Of a DNA stretch of 22,646 bases, positions 19,790 to 22,646 are shown piece after piece (the stretch's first letter is position 1; each line of letters begins with the position of its first letter). Under the pieces are notes generated by a model. It was not told where the DNA came from. It did not search any database and saw only the letters and a program-made list of their open reading frames with translations. The stretch is taken from positions 341,298-363,943 of the forward strand of contig NW_003314370.1 in assembly GCF_000143415.4 (NCBI RefSeq). The letters run 5' to 3'. The position numbers and the translations under genes are program-made. This DNA comes from Selaginella moellendorffii. Lineage: Eukaryota > Plantae > Lycopodiophyta.

Positions 19790-20225
19790 AGCAAAGCATG
19801 GAGATCGATTCGGCTACGTAGGCATCACTTCGCTGGCTTTCTCGAAAGTGAGCCACGGGCCGAGAGGCTATGGCGCTTCCAGCAGCAGCGACGAAGGAAT
19901 GCAAGAGTTCTCACAAAATCGAGCATGTACGCGAGGTACGAGCCTTGCTGGGTGTTTGATGCCATGGAGCACCACGATGTTTTTCTCTGGACAGCTCTCA
20001 AGCACGGCTACTCCAAGAACGGCCAGGGAGAAGTGACTTTGGAGCGCTTCTCGCAGATTTTCTCTGGACAGCGCTCATGCTCACCGACTCCAAGAATGGC
20101 CAGGGAGACGTGGCTTTGGAGCTGATGCTGCTACTCGCAAGGCAGTGCTGTCTGAATTCTCGTGCTCAAGGTCCTTGCTAGCTTGGCTGCAAAGGCAGGA
20201 AAATCGGTGGAAAAGTGGTGAAGAG
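19790..20225 (+). pseudogene. Degenerate PLS-PPR gene fragment, divergent from the intact PPR gene
   Basis: EIDSAT*ASL; MYAR...VFDAMEHHDVFLWTALKHGYSKNGQGEVTLE; a second copy of this motif ~78 nt later; and a remnant agcttggctgcaaag...ggtggaaaagtggtgaag resembling LAAK...GKVVK of the neighbour. It has stops and frameshifts. Confidence 0.7.
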
Positions 20226-20394
20226 AAGAAGAGTCATTTCGCACCAAGAGATTTGGATAACTTTGTGAAGAGCTTGGAACTTTGAAACAAAGTTGGCCTC
20301 AGGCTCAGAGTACAGAGCTTGAGCCTGAGGGATATTCCTGTTCCAAGTTCTCTTTTCTTTTTAACGGCCTGTTGACCCTGAAATCAGTTCAACC

Positions 20395-20426
20395 AGAGAT
20401 AGGGTTTCACAGAGATAGGGTTTCAC
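20395..20426. repeat. 16-bp perfect tandem duplication (agagatagggtttcac)x2 containing telo-box-like TAGGGTTT
   Basis: Read directly. Confidence 0.85.
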
Positions 20427-20429
20427 ATG

Positions 20430-22545
20430 CTTGAGTAGTAAGTGGTAATTCTCTTATTGTCTAAAGTAATTTTTATTTTTACCTTTCTATATTGTACAAC
20501 ATGAGTATGAAGAAAAAGAAAGAGAAACTTTGGTGGAGGGAAAAGACCAAGAACAACAAGAAAGAACTTACATGCAATAAGATAAAAATGTAAAGGATTA
20601 AAAAAAAGTATAGTTTTATATTAAATTAGTTACTTGTCTTCGAATAAGCTAAAGACTAACCATTATTTGTAAATAGATGTCTAGAAAGATGATGGAATAA
20701 GGAAGGAAGCTTTGCTAAAAAAATTCTTCAAAAGGCATAAAAAACAAAATATCAAAAAGAATGACAAAGAAGAGTAAGAAATTGCTATTACACCTTAGCA
20801 AAAGAAAAAGGATAAAAACTTGAAATTAAAAATGGAGAATAAAGTTATAGGTGATAAAGCAAATGACTAAATAGTTTTTAAGCCAAATGAAAAGCTAAAA
20901 ATTAATTGCTAAATGCAAGAAAATGCAAAATGCAAAAGAACAAATGTAACTTATATGAGTTAGGATATTTTGAAGTTCTGTTCTAACTTGGATTTTTCCA
21001 TCTGGAAAGCACTTCTACAAAGTATGAAAGCTTATAATTAGATTTATAGTAAGTTCTTCGAAGAAAAATTTAAAAAAACTAATACATACATAAGTATTTT
21101 GAGCTATGTTTGAAAAGTAGTTTATGAGGCTCATCCATTATAAAGAGATAATTGTCAAAAAGCTAACACTTATTGATATAGCTTATAGCCAAAAATCATA
21201 ACAAATACCATTAATTATTTACCATTAATTTATTTTAGTCATCTAGTGGTGGGAGATAAGTCAGGTTTAGGGTGAGGGCATTTTATAGAGCTTCTTGGAA
21301 GGTGAAAGCAATAGTGTTGAAAGGGAGTTAGAGATTAGCTACTTTCCAAAACAATAGAATTTGATTTAGTTTGTGGAAATTTCTCCTCTTTTTTCCTAAA
21401 TTTTAGGTTTATTTTGTTGGTAGCCACTTGAAATGTGATTTGATTCATGCATGTGCTAGATGCCATGCCACTAGAGGAGCAACTCATTTACATTCTTTCC
21501 CAATTAATGGTGATTACTAGTTCTAGCAGTGGTGGCAGCAATCAATTGTAGCTCGCCACTGACATTTCGCCTGGAGCAATAAAGATCCACTCTTGATCAA
21601 GGTGACCACTATATTTTTTTTTCTTCGTTTTTTTCATGGTCATAAAACTTCTTTGCAACTAAGTTTGGCATCTATATTATTACTTCTTTTCTCCTATTTT
21701 TCTTTCTTTCTCCTGCTTCTATCTTTTATTTACTTCTTCTTCCTCTTTTATTTTGTCCTAGCACTAGAATTATTCTTTCTCTTGGATGATACTATTGCTC
21801 TAATCAATTTTTGCACAGATCAATTGTCAGCAAGAAAATTAGAGGAGGCATTCTAGTTTTGTGAAATTTTATCACCCATCTTTGACTTTGTGAAACATGT
21901 AAGACAAAAACTAGAGGATGTAAATAATAGATACTTCCAATGGATGGCATAAAAAATAGTCAAGGAATTATTTAGAAGGCAAGTCAGTTTTGAAGTGGCT
22001 ATTGTGGTTGTAGCACAAGAGCATGGAGGTAAACACAACACTTGTTATTCTTGCCAAGCTATGAAAGAAACAATAGAAGCAACTCTGAAAGTTTATCAAA
22101 CTTCACAAATAACATTAGATTATTATCCATGTAAAAAAGAATGTAAGAAATGACACTTCCAAGCCTAAAAAATGCTATGATTGCACATAATTTACTATCT
22201 TTAGTCTTGAGCTCAACCAAAGAATAAGGACAACTAAAAGAATTAACAACATAGGCTTATAGACTCACAAATAGAAATATCATTCTTCTTTAGTTCTTTG
22301 TTTGGCCAAAAGATGGAGAGAAATCAAATGTACAAACCCAAAACCTATAGAGTGACATTTCTTTTCATTTCTTCCTCTCTTTGAGGCTTGATAGTTCTTT
22401 TAGTTATGTTGTACGTTAGATTTTAAAAGTGCATCTTAGATAACAAGTCTTTTTCATTGGTTTGAGATTCCAACTTTAGGCATTTGAAGCTTGACATCTT
22501 AGAGTTTTTGGACTTACAACAAGAAAATCATTCACTTTAATTCTT
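20430..22545. other. AT-rich, CpG-poor degenerate region, probably decayed transposon or captured-gene sequence
   Basis: There is an abrupt compositional change, with broken Glu/Lys-rich reading frames on + (~20495-20950) and on - (~21600-21850). No diagnostic transposase motif is recognised. Confidence 0.4.
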
Positions 22546-22546
22546 T

Positions 22547-22562
22547 AACCCTAAACCCTAAA
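22547..22562. repeat. Short interstitial plant telomere-like repeat / telo-box (taaccctaaaccctaa)
   Basis: Two CCCTAAA units. Single aaccctaa motifs also occur near 241, 16043 and 19422, the last two close to predicted gene starts. Confidence 0.6.
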
Positions 22563-22646
22563 CTAGATATAATCCTTTGAGCACCTGTGCTCCATGTATG
22601 TATGTATGTATGGACCGGCTCAGTCTCTCCGGTTTTCTTTGCTTTT
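22563..22646 (-). mobile_element. Possible 3' end of another Helitron extending beyond the right edge of the window
   Basis: The minus strand reads (CATA)n, hairpin gagcac-ag-gtgctc (22592-22579), a 12-nt spacer, then CTAG (22566-22563)|T. Confidence 0.35.

Overview
This is gene-dense eukaryotic land-plant DNA with mostly 50-130 nt introns and a PLS-DYW PPR gene. That pattern suggests a lycophyte such as Selaginella, which is an inference. In order, the window holds an intronless F-box gene (-) and an 8-exon HMG-CoA lyase (+). Next comes a cassette of two related secreted 12-cysteine defensin-like peptide genes (CRP-A and CRP-B), then a ~7.2 kb Helitron complex, then a second diverged copy of the same cassette. 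The Helitron complex consists of a small inverted Helitron-like element head-to-head with a large decayed RepHel Helitron, which carries captured aspartic-protease exons with a further insert in their intron. After the second cassette come an XTH (GH16) with an unusual signal-anchor-like N-terminus, a BIG BROTHER-related RING-H2 ligase (-), a small very basic orphan ORF, a PLS-DYW RNA-editing factor (-), a decayed PPR paralog, and an AT-rich degenerate region ending in a possible second Helitron 3' end. The most notable candidates are the 12-Cys defensin-like peptide pair (one cationic, one slightly acidic) and its Helitron-bounded tandem duplication, in which each copy carries an in-frame lesion in a different partner gene.
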